Of a stretch of 64,000 nucleotides of DNA, positions 52,659-64,000 are shown piece by piece. The position numbers were made by a program, and so were the translations under genes. The DNA comes from Octopus vulgaris. Lineage: Eukaryota. Positions within the stretch are counted from its first letter, which is position 1. Every line of letters starts with the position of its first letter. Where the stretch lies: positions 39,370,001-39,434,000 of the forward strand of contig OX597828.1 in assembly GCA_951406725.2 (NCBI GenBank). The letters run 5' to 3'. The notes under the pieces were generated by a model that was given only the letters and a program-made list of their open reading frames with translations, did not search any database and had not been told where the DNA came from.

Positions 52659-52697
<39 letters not shown>

Positions 52698-52914
52698 ACA
52701 CGCAAACACAAGCACAAAGAAGCTCCAACAGTCAGATCCCACTCAGCAATCATTTTCAATCCAAACCAAGGTGTTATTCAATGGTATAAAACTCAGAACC
52801 ACCAAGCATGTGTAATGGAATTACACTAATAAGGAAAAAAATATAAATCTAAAATGAAAATTACTGACAGACAATAAGACATTTGTTTGCAGAAAGCAAA
52901 TAAACTATAATAAT

Positions 52915-54014
52915 GTTTCTAATATAGACACAAGGCCTTAAACTTTAGAGGAAGAGGATTAGTCAATTACACTGACCCCAGTACTTCACTGGTACTTTAA
53001 TTTATCAACTTTGAAAGGATGAAAGACTAAGTTGACTGTGGCACGATTTGACCTAAGAATGTAAGGAACCAAAAAAAATGCCAGTCTGCATTTTCTTTGA
53101 CATGCTCATGTAACGATTCTGCAAGCTTGTCAGCATCATCATCATCATCATCTTCATCAACATCATCATAATTCTTTCTACTATAGGCATAAGGCCTGAA
53201 TTTCTGAGAGTGGTGGTGGGGGCTAATCAATTAATTACATCAACCCCATTGCTTGATTGGTATACTCTCTTTTTTTCTCTCTTTTACTTGTTTCAGTCAT
53301 TTGACTGTGGCCATGCTGGAGCACTGCCTTTAGTCGAGCAAATCGACCCCAGGACTTATTCTTTGTAAGCCTAGTACTTATTCTATCGGTGTCTTTCGCC
53401 GAACCGCTAAGTTACGGGGACGTAAACACACCAGCATCGGTTGTCAAGCGATGTTGTGGGGACAAACACAGACACACAAACACACACACACACATATATA
53501 CATATGTACAACAGGCTTCTTTCAGTTTCCGTCTACCAAATCCACTCACAAGGCTTTGGTTGGCCTGAGGCTATAGTAGAAGACACTTGCCCAAGGTACC
53601 ACGCAGTGGGACTGAACCCGGAACCATGTGGTTGGTAAGCAAGCCATTTACCACACAGCCACTGAAAGAATGAAAACCAAAGTCAACCGAGCAGAATTTG
53701 AACATAAAGAGCCAGAGGAATGCCAGTGTACATTTTCTCAGACACGCTAACAATTCTGCAAGCTTGACATAATAATTATAATAACGATGATGATGATGAT
53801 TTCAAATTTTTGCCACAAGGGCTGCTTGGAGGGTGGGAATTAAGTCAATTACATCGAACCCAGTGCGTAACTGGTACTTATTTAATTAACCCCAAAAGGA
53901 TGAAAGGCAGTGTAACCTCGACGGAATTTGAACTCAGAACATAGCAGCTGATGAAATACTGCTAAGCATTTCATCCGGCATGCTAACGATTCTGCCAGCC
54001 CGTCGCCTTAAGTA

Positions 54015-54054
<40 letters not shown>

Positions 54055-54446
54055 GGTCATGTGCTGTTTATATTGATATGAGATCACCATGTCGCACACA
54101 TATGGTTGTGATGCATGTGCCTGGTGTACCCTTATCAGACGGGTAGTCATGATGGGTATATTTGGCTTCGTATATTTTACCCCAGTGTCACTTTGATGGC
54201 ATGAACTGCTCTCTCACTCAATAATAATAATAATAATAATAATGATGATGATAGTTTCAAATGTTAGCACAAGGCTAGCAAGTTTGGGGGAAGAGGCCAG
54301 TTGGTGACATTGACCTCAGTACTCAGCTGGGGATTATTTTTATTAACCCCCGAAAGAATAAAAGATGAAGTTAACTTCAGCAGAATTTGAACTCAGAACA
54401 TCAAGACAGATGAGATGCTGCTAAGCACTTTGCCCAGCTTGCCATC

Positions 54447-54515
<69 letters not shown>
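52915..54515 (-). mobile_element. Head-to-tail cluster of four family B SINEs separated by (TAA)n/(TGA)n, one split by a SINE A (53278-53663)
   Basis: ACAAGGC...GACCCCAGT...GAATTTGAACTCAGAAC block repeats at ~52930, ~53190/53665, ~53815 and ~54270. Confidence 0.75.
54055..54219 (+). mobile_element. Probable Dong/R4-type LINE 3' UTR fragment within (TAA)n
   Basis: Discrete 165-bp block flanked on both sides by (AAT)n. The family call is from recall of TAA-targeting Dong elements; no coding part is visible. Confidence 0.5.
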
Positions 54516-55079
54516 GCAATAGCAACAAATTTGAATTCATTTATCTAACACATGTTTAGTTTGTATCATTACTGTATAGGAAAAGGCTATGAGGTACAAA
54601 AAAAATTTGAAGTAACCCTAAATAAAGGTTGACTAGTCAACTGTGGCCTAACCTTGACAGCACAAAGGGAAGTAGGTAAAAATGCCTGTTATTTATAATA
54701 GAGAAGGTGGAGAGGCAAGAAGAAAGCTATAGCAGGGGTGTTGGTGGAATCTGGAATGGGGTATTCTTTTTATCTTTTTTCTTTCTGTTATTTGTGGGGG
54801 GAGGAAATGAGATTAGAAACAATTCAGCATAAATTATTTCGAACTGTTTCACCCCTAGGGAAACTTTATCATTGAAGCAAGGGTTCCCATTAATTACCTG
54901 CAAACCCATTAGAATGCTGTTGTTATTTAGTCCTAGGTTGGCCCTGATTTGAGAAGACCTATGATCAAAAGTATGCAGGCCAGCCACAGTGTCCTTTTTT
55001 TTTTTTTTTTACCTTTTCTTACAGAGTCATGCAGCTACCTAATTTAGTCTTAGACATCCTTTTAAATACATTGAGTTGT

Positions 55080-55456
55080 TCTGTTGTGTCTGGGGAGAGA
55101 CATTTTCCTTTTGTGCCTTATAATGTAACACACTCACCAGTAAAATTTCCACTTATTTCTTATTTTTATTTTCCCAAAATTTTCATTGCGTCTTGCAACC
55201 TTTTCAATAGTTATTTTTATTTTCCTAAAATTTTCATTGCATCTTGTAACCTTTTCAATAGTCTTGACTATTGAAAAGGTTGCAAGACGCAACAAAAATT
55301 TTGGGAAAATAAAAATAAGAAATAAGTGGAAATTTCACCGGTGAGTGTGTTACATTATAAGGCACAAAAAGAAAATGACTCTCCCCAGACACAACAGAAT
55401 ATGCTTCAACACACAAACTCATATAAAGAATCATGCAAACCAAATCCCCAAATGAA
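55080..55456. mobile_element. Fold-back Penelope-like non-autonomous retroelement with three variant hammerhead motifs
   Basis: Inverted arms ~55079-55261 and 55268-55399, internal 51-bp direct duplication, 12-bp TSD ACATTGAGTTGT (55068-55079 and 55457-55468). Confidence 0.75.
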
Positions 55457-58400
55457 ACATTGAGTTGTGATATAAGGGAAATTTTGCTGTTATTTCTAAT
55501 AGGTTGGCCTACCCATTCAGAAGCTCTTCTGCTGTTATTGCTCTTGTTCCTTTTCTTTTTCTTTTTTATTTTTTTTAAACATTTCTTTCCTATATCAGTC
55601 AGATCTTCTAAAGTAGACCATTTGTCATGAAACTAAGGCACAAAAGACAATTTTCAACAGTCAGTTTTGGCATTTTAGCCAAACCATCCTATGTGTAATG
55701 TAAAACACTGTTGTCTTGCAATCTAAGGCTTGAAATCCCATGGTCTCCATTCTAAAGACATTAGGGAGATTGTAGAGGGAGGTTTTGGTTGCTACAACAT
55801 TAAGTAAATTTAGCAAATGTTTAGAAGTTTCCTTTCACAGGATCAAGATTGTCAACCTGCTTGTATGCAATATTCTACATCTATTTATTTTTTCTCCTAT
55901 TGCTGCTTTGGCAATATAGAGAATGTTATGTTTGGCTGAGGAGGTCTAATAAGACCAAACCATGTTCAAAGTTGTCTCCCATACTTAGTAAAATAAACAT
56001 TTCTAATTAAAATTTTCATTCTCTTTACATTAAATATGTTGACACTAACTTAACTATTGTTTTTCATGCAAATTATGTCTCTGAGTAATTAACCTTTTGG
56101 ATTTTTTTTTTTCATAAAAATCTTATTGGTCTCATTGATAATTTGTTCAAATTATTAAAACATGCATCTCATTGTCTTCTCTAATAAAGAATATTTTTTC
56201 CCTACTAGAGACCAACAACAGGAAAATAGATGGGAATCTCAAATTTTCATTTTTAAAAAGCTTGTGTTCTTGTCTTTTTTTTATATTCATTGAGTACTAA
56301 AAAACACATTATCAGTGTGAAAAGAATGAAAAATTAATTAGGCATGTAGCATAGTAACTGCTTGGAAAATCTAGGCTAATGAGATACTCTTTATTATTCT
56401 AGCATAAAACTAGGTGGCTGTGGAAGCAAGATGGTGCTTACTAGAATGGTCTCATAACAGGATGGCAGTTTATAAAATTAAATGAATGTTAATTTTTATC
56501 ACCACTTAAAAATGGTTGTTGTGTTGGAACACAGACATCTGTGATAGTTACCATGAAAGAACCTCTTATATGGAATTTTGGTGTGTATAAGCACTCTTGT
56601 TTACACAACTAGCAGGAGATAATCAACTGTTATTGCTGCTGCCAGGACTACCAGATCATGTGATTTCAGCCTTCCTAAGCCTTGTCAGTGGTAGACACCT
56701 GATAACTGGAAATATCAGTGATTCCTACGCTAGCAATATACATGGAATCTCAGTGCCTAATCAGGCATTGGTGTTGCAAACAGCCAGTGGACTTATTAAA
56801 AAATAATTAATAGTGACAGAAGCAGTATTGATAATAAAAGGTAATATTTATCATCACTTAAAAGTGGATGTTGATTTAGAATATACCTGAATCTTAATCT
56901 CAGGCACTCTTGTTTAATTTTGTTTTAAAATTTTTTCATAGTATGTTTTCATTTTATCAATATATTCTAAAGCCTGTATTAGCTTACACTGTCGATTGGA
57001 TTATTTGATAGTTTTGTTGTTTAGATAGAAGTCATCCCTGACTGAGCAAGCTTATAACCAAAGGTGTTCTGATTGTGACCATTCCATCTATTTGTTTATG
57101 TAGAACTACATCGTCCAGTGTATTCCTTAATAAGATGAAAGGGTGTAATTTGATAGCAATTCAGCTGGTATTTCTATCATGTTAAGCAACCACATAGAAG
57201 TTCTTGCATTTTCACTGGCAATCGTGTGGTATGCATTAGGCATTGTTGGTAGCACAGCTTTTGAAAAAAGTCATTATTTGCACTAAAAGAATTATATTTA
57301 GATGAGAGTAAAGTGATGGATGCAGTCTGTGTAATCCTTTTAACAAAAGGCAACATATAAGGAAAATATCTTATTTCTTTACTGCCCACAGAGGGGACAA
57401 ACAAAGACAGATAAACGGATTAAGTCGATTATCGACCCCAGTGCATAACTGGTACTTATTTAATCGACCCCGAAAGGATGAAAGGCAAAGTCAACCTTGG
57501 CGGAATTTGAACTCAGAACATAGAATTTCGCCCGGTGTGCTAACGTTTCTGCTAGCTCGCCACCTTATAAGGAAAATATCTTGCTATGGTAAACTTAAAA
57601 TATCAAAATATGTCCTGGTTCAACTGTTCTAAGATGCCAAAAAGGAATGTAGAAATATATACGTTCACCTAAGAGGCATGTATGAATCCTATACCTAACT
57701 AAAGTGTCTTAATAAATCATTCACCCCAACAAAGGGGTGCCTTTTATTTAGTATTTGTGTGTGTGTGTATTTCTGTATACATGTGCCTAGAACTAGAATA
57801 TTATCCTTGGTCCATAAATTACCTCTACACACCTTTACCATAAACATGTAGTGAGCAGGTTTCTACATATAAAAGCATAATACAGTCACACCATATACAA
57901 TATAGGTTTGTGCTTGTGCATGTATAACTATGTATATATTTACAAATGCACTTGTGTTTGTATGTATGTATGTGAAGTGTATGTGTCTGTATGCATGTAT
58001 ATATATGTGAGTGTATGTGTCTATGTATCTATATATGTATGTTTCTACAAATACATCATTTACGCATTCATAGTAATACATACAACACCTTTAGATTTTG
58101 TCTTCAGTTCAAAAGCAGGAAGTATGTCTGGAATATTTTGGGGAATAAGTTTGAACTCGTTGCACTCATATATAACATAAAAGAAAACTTAAAGATGCAT
58201 GTTTCGTATGTCAGGTCATAAAACAATTTATCAAATGATTGGCATGGCAGTGCATTTTGCACTAACCCAAGCACCAAGCACATAGCATCTAAAGCACTGA
58301 ATGTTACATGGCTATATGTCGAAAAATTAGTTACACCTTTACGTTAAAGCTGGTGTAAAATTCATCAGGTCTGTCAGCCACAGTGGAATGCTGAAGCATA

Positions 58401-58560
58401 CTTTGTTATTTATTTATTTACTTTTTTTTTATTTACACAAAGAAAAGTCACAGAAAATTGCAGAGTGATGTGCTGAGGTGTTAGTTGTACTTGTGATAGA
58501 ACTGCATGAGAAGAAACTTTTAGCCCATCTCCATTCCCAACTACATATCTTGGTTGGGCA

Positions 58561-59195
58561 TCTCTTTTACTCTTTTACTTGTTTCAGTCATTTGACTGCG
58601 GCCATGCTGGAGCACCGCCTTTAATCGAGCAAATCAACCCCGGGACTTATTCTTTTGTAAGCCCAGTACTTATTCTATCGGTCCCCCTTGCCAAACCGCT
58701 AAGTGACGGGGACATAAACACACCAGCATCGGTTGTCAAGCAATGCTAGGCGGACAAACACAGACACACAAACATACACACACACATACATATATGCCGG
58801 TGACACGTAAAAGCACCATCCGTCCGTGGCCGTTGTGCCAGCTCTGTCTGGCACCTGTGCAGGTGGCACGTAAAAAACACCCACTACACTCGCGGAGTGG
58901 TTGGCGTTAGGAAGGGCATCCAGCCGTAGAAACACTGCCAAATCTGACTGGGCCTGATGAAGCCTTCCGGCTTCACAGACCCCAGTTAAACCGTCCAACC
59001 CATGCTAGCATGGAAAACGGACGCTAAATGATGATGATGATATATACGACGGGCTTCTTTCAGTTTCCGTCTACCAAATCCACTCACAAGGCTTTGGTCG
59101 GCCCGAGGCTATAGTAGAAGACACTTGCCCAAGGTGCCACGCAGTGGGACTGAACCCGGAACCATGTTGTTGGTAAGCAAGCTACTTACCACACA
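58561..59195 (-). mobile_element. SINE A with an oppositely oriented RTE 3' UTR (58797-59040) inserted in its central microsatellite
   Basis: The SINE halves are colinear on either side of the insertion. Confidence 0.85.
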
Positions 59196-59234
59196 TAAAT
59201 ATATTCTTTATTTCTTTTAGTTATTAGTCATGAT

Positions 59235-59740
59235 TATCATCATTGTTTAACGTCCACTTCCCATGCTGGCATGGGTTGGACAGTTTGACATAGAGCAGGC
59301 TGCTGGGAGCTGTCCACACACCAATTGTCTGCAGTGGCATTGTTTCTATCTATGGCTGGATGCCCAGAGTGTGCTGGGTGCTTTTTACATGCCACTAGCA
59401 CAGGTGCACCTATGCAGCACTGGCACGGGTGCTTTTAATGCAGCTCCAGCACCTGAAAGGACAAGCTTGTATGTGTGGAAGACAGCAATTTTACTTAGCT
59501 TGACATGTCTTATAAGAATGGCAAATCACCACATGTCTCAGTTCCTTGTGATTTCCTCAGTGAAGCCCAGCATCTGAAGATCCTTTCTCACTTCATCCCA
59601 TGTCTTCCTGGGTCTACTCCTTCCACAGGTACCCTCCACAATTAGAGCTCAGCACTTCTATACGCAACTGTCCTCTTCCATACGCATTACATGACCAAAG
59701 CAGTGCAGGCTTCTATCTTGCACACAACATCTGATGCCTC
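59235..59740 (-). mobile_element. RTE LINE 3' end (coding remnant plus family C UTR)
   Basis: LHCFGHVMRMEEDSCV*KC*ALIVEGTCGRSRPRKTWDEV; homologous to 40028-40475. Confidence 0.75.
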
Positions 59741-61839
59741 TTAGTTATGTGTGTGTGTATGTGTAGTCTTTTTTTTTAAGTTTCAGTCATTGGACTGTGG
59801 CCATACTGGCACCCTTCTTTCAAGGGTTTAGTTGAACAAATCAACACCAGTACTTTGTTTTTTTTGTTTTTTAAGCCTGATATTTATTCTATCACTCACT
59901 TTCACTGAACTACAAAGTTATGGGGATGTAAACGAACGCTCACTATCAAGCAGTGGTAGGGGTCAAACACAAACACATCTTTTATCTTTTACTTGTTTCC
60001 GTCATCTGACTGCAGCCATGCTGGGGCACAGTCTTGAAGAATTTTAGTTGAATGAATCAACCCCAGTACATATTTTTTTTTCTTTAAAACTGGTACTTAT
60101 TCTATCAGATTTTTTTGATGAACTGCTTAGTCATGGGGATGTAAACACATCAATACTAGTTGTCAAGTGGTGTTTGTGGGAAAACATAGACACAAAGGTG
60201 TGTGTGTGTGAGACCGGCTCCTTCAGTTTTCATCAACTAAATCTACTCATAAGGTTTTGGTTAGCCTGTGGTTATAGCAGAAGACACTTCCTCAAGGTAC
60301 CACATAGTAGGACTGAACCCAGAACAGAGAGAGAGAGGTATGAGCTTCTTTCAGCTTTTGTCTACCTGATCCACTCAAGGCTTTGATCAGCCGGGAGAAG
60401 ACACTTGCCCAAGGTGCCACATTGTAAGAATGAACATGAGGCAACATGGTTTGGAAGGAAGCATAGCCTCTCCCAACATTTTATTTTTCATTTGGGTTAA
60501 AGGGTACATATGAGTGTAGTTATATGATTGCATGTGATATGCATCAGTGCCAAATAGCAGTCTTTTCCCATTTCCCAAATCCATTATGGCATTTTCCTGC
60601 TAAGTTTTGCTTTTGTTTACAGATTAGTATCTCCAAAGAACATTGCTTTGTTGTAAATATTCACCCCCACTCAACTCCTAATTTCATTCATCATTGTCAG
60701 CATCAAGCTTGGCAGGTCTCTTATCAGCCCAATGGTTTGTTTTATAGTGGTTACTTTAAAAGCAAAATAATCTTTTCTTGAAACACTTCACTAGTTGTTT
60801 ATATTCTTGTCTCTTCCAGCTCATAAATACATTTATTGCAATTCCTGCTGCTATAAATCATTGACATTTAGTGTGTGCTATAGTCAGCCTCACAGTGAGG
60901 TAACATAAAATGGTAACTGTAGATGTCTGATCTGTTTCTGTTGTCATATGTGTCATCCTTGTTATAGGAGAATACTCATGTAGCATTATTTGTGCCCCCT
61001 TCACACTTGGGAATAAGATTACAAACATCAACCCACCTCTTGCATTTCACAAATGTTGCTTATCGGTGTAATTGTTTCGACTTCAAATAATTTAGCTCTG
61101 GATAAAGTTCTTGCCTGTATATTTTCATTATATTCATATAGCCAACGAGGGAATGGGTTGTTTTTTTTGCCATTTTATAGCAATTAAATAAGTCGTTATG
61201 GAGTTCATAACACTGAGAAAAATGTACTTTATAGTTTCAGGTTCTTCTACAACTGATAAAATCTAATTTGACCTTCTCAGTGTTGTTTCTCTTCTGTTCT
61301 TCTTGGATCTTATTGATATGGCTATGTTTAGCCATGTTGTTTGTAGCCTCTAAATCAATTATTTTAGCAAGTTTAAAGTGATTTCTTTTGTGCCATAAAC
61401 CACTTACCATTTTTGTGGTGCCCTCCTCCCTTCACGTGCCTATTTTGCTTAATAGTTAATCCAGTGCTGCCTATATGTGTTGATGCAACCAAGAAGAGGA
61501 GTGGTGAACATATATATATATATATCTCATCATCATCATCGTTTAACATCTGTTTTCCATGCTAGGATGGGTTGGACAGTTCAACCGGGGTCTGGGAAGC
61601 CAGAAGGCTGCACCAGGCGCCAGTCTGATCTGGCAGTGTTTCTACAACTGGATGCCCTTCCTAACGCCAACCACACCATGAGTGTAGTGGGTGCTTTTTA
61701 CGTGCCACCAGCACAGGTGCTAGGCAAGGCTGGCAACAGTCACGATCGATTAGTGCTTTTTATGTGCCACCGGCACGGAAGCCAGTCAAAGTGGCGCTGG
61801 CATCAGCCACGTTCGGATGGTGCTTTTTATGTGCCACCG

Positions 61840-61894
<55 letters not shown>

Positions 61895-61895
<1 letters not shown>

Positions 61896-62283
61896 GAATG
61901 AATTTGTGTTGCAAGATTCCTAATGTGAAGTTGTGTGTTGAAACAGATATTGTTGAATTTCAGGATGGTAGTTTGTTTTTTTTTTCAAAACAAACACATG
62001 CACTATATATTCGTTCTTCACTCATTTATTACTGTTCTTGGTCTAGCTCATGTCCACTGTCATGCATCTGTGACATCCTCAGCAACACTTTCCATCTTTG
62101 TGTGTGAAGAGCACACATGGAGACAGAAAATGTCATTGAAGAGGTCACATGTGTGTGACAAAAGATCCCGAGACAATAGACATGAGTTAGAATAAGAACA
62201 GTAATAAATGAGTGAAGAATAAATATATATTGCATGTGTTTATTTGGAAAAAAAAAAAAGACCATCCCAAAATACAACAATAT
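61895..62283. mobile_element. Diverged fold-back element with degenerate hammerhead motifs, related to the 55080 family
   Basis: Inverted arms ~61945-62106 and 62112-62283. CTGAGGA-T-GTCAC on minus and TTGAAGA-G-GTCAC..GTGAC-AAAA on plus. Tail resembles 55400-55450. Confidence 0.6.
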
Positions 62284-62339
62284 ATATATGAGTAGCAAAT
62301 GGTAATTTTTTTTTTAAGTAACTTAGTCAAAGTAGAAGT

Positions 62340-62720
62340 GGTGCCTCTAACCTTAGTGTAGTTGACATTCATATTGAACATCCACTGGAAGAAAATGAGG
62401 AAGGAGTGGGAATCCCAGAAGATCACTTTACTGAGGAAGAAGAAATAGTGGGGGGAAAACATGGTAAAGATGACAGGAGGAAGAGGTAAGACAAATGTGC
62501 CAACGTGATATGGGTAAACAAATGATTAATGTTGAAGAGTAGGTTTCAGACAAACAGAATATGGCAAGAAAAGAGCAAGGGCTTGGCCAACAGGTGGATG
62601 ATCAAGTTGGAAACTAAGAACTCTATTCTTAGAGCAAAGACGAACAAGTGGTCGAGACATCCTTGTTAAAGTTAAAATAGAGAGAAATCAATTGAAAGAC
62701 AGTAAAGTGTCAGATGTGTA
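62340..62720 (-). mobile_element. Very degenerate LINE endonuclease (APE) remnant
   Basis: ILF/CLSET-like and downstream motifs in broken frames. Confidence 0.35.
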
Positions 62721-63757
62721 GTGAAGTAGACTGAAACTGACAACTGTAAATTGTATGAATGTAGTGGAATAATATAAAAAGTATGGAAAAGAGGACAACA
62801 GGGTAAATATAAAGATAGAGTAGGAGGCTTAGTAGTAAGTCTGGATTTAAAGTAGAAGTAAAAATAGTTCCAAAACCAGTCATCAGAACCTGTTATTGTA
62901 CATTACTGTTGGAAGATGTCATGAAGCTTTACTGTATAAACTGACCGTGTAATTAGAAGCACTTAAACCAGATGTAATTGTAATAGAGAGAAAAAAGAAA
63001 CAATAATATTTTGTAAGGTTATTTTGTTATACCATGTAATATCAGAGTGGAGGTGCATGGCTTAGTGGTTAGGGTGTTGGATTCATGATTGTAAGATTGT
63101 GGTTTTGATTCCTGGACTGGGCGATGCTTTGTGTTCTTGAGCAAAACACTTCATTTCACATTGCTGCAGTCCACTCAGTGGGCAAAAAATGAGTAATCCT
63201 GCAAAGGACTGGCATCCCATCCAGGAACGAATATCTTTGCCAGAAAAACCAGGAAACCAGTTGTATGCTCCTTACTATCAGAGTGGAAATAAAGTTTAAA
63301 AAAAAAAAATGAGGTATCTGGACTTAGTCAGTGAACTGAAAAAAACTATGGGGCAGTCAGTAAAAGTTATCCCTATTATCCACACATGAGCAGTAGGGAC
63401 AATGCCAAAGCAAGGGCTGTTCAACATACAGAGAAATGTGTCAAAACTGAAACGCAGATTATTATAGTTACAGAGAACTATCTATTTTGTAAGAATTTTT
63501 TGTAAAGTACTTGAGAGTTGAGAAGATTCATAGTCACTCAGTCTCAAGATATAACTGTAGACTTGGCCCACTTGGAATTTTGTTATAATAATGACAATGA
63601 TAATAATCGTTAATTTATGTAATGCTCTTGATGTGTTTATTGCTTTTGGGCTGTGAACTTTTTGCAAGAGAATTTTTAATCTGTGTAGTTCTTAAATTTT
63701 TCTAACTCATAATGATTTATTACATTGCCAAAAGGTTATAAATTAATGGAGAATTAA

Positions 63758-64000
63758 TGTATCTGGGGAGAGTCATTCTCTTTTAGTGCCTTATTATTTA
63801 ACACACTCACCAGTAAAGTTTCCATATTTTTTCCTAAAATTTTCATTGCATCTTGCAACCTTTTCAATGCAAGATGCAACGAAAATTTTTGGAAAAGATA
63901 AATAAGTAAATGAGTTGGAACTTTACTGGTGAGTGTGTTAAATAATAAAGCACTAAAAGAGAATGACTCTCCCCAGACACAACAAAATCAACATACAAAC
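63758..64000. mobile_element. Second fold-back copy of the 55080-55456 family, running off the window
   Basis: Same TCTGGGGAGAG...ACACACTCACCAGTAAA...TTGCAACCTTTTCAA arm, in inverted arrangement. Confidence 0.75.

Noticed and set aside
55029-55443. Paired ORFs on opposite strands with the same peptide
   Set aside because: Consequence of the fold-back; non-coding.
58950-58985. CTGATGA plus stem in the RTE UTR (similar partial hits at 15783-15797 and 432-438)
   Set aside because: No correctly placed GAAA or stems I/III.

Overview
AT-rich, repeat-saturated animal genomic DNA. The SINE/LINE repertoire points to an octopod cephalopod (Octopus); this is inferred from recalled repeat families, not a search. 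Almost all ORFs in the supplied track are microsatellite or repeat artefacts. Genes: a CpG-retaining zone near 31.3-31.9 kb holds an apparent head-to-head promoter. A + strand gene has coding exons at 31847-31889 and 49286-49349 (MAAAATVSPGPSGS|GSTGTPDSGKVARKRKIGSGR[D/E]), most likely ARNT/HIF-1beta. A - strand exon ends at a GTGAGT donor at 31272 (gene unidentified). The rest appears intronic and holds tRNA-derived SINEs, RTE and CR1/Jockey LINE remnants, mariner/maT remnants, piggyBac-type MITEs, a Helitron and a probable Dong/R4 tail. Most notable: several distinct families of short, non-coding, Penelope-like retroelements carrying type I hammerhead ribozyme motifs. These include a tRNA-headed element with a 9-bp TSD, fold-back elements with a compensatory U3-A8 core and a 12-bp TSD, and one near-intact hammerhead at 47262-47335. 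Inside the ARNT-like introns, sense copies have broken cores while antisense copies mostly keep them. Repeat boundaries were read by eye and are approximate unless a TSD or TIR is quoted.
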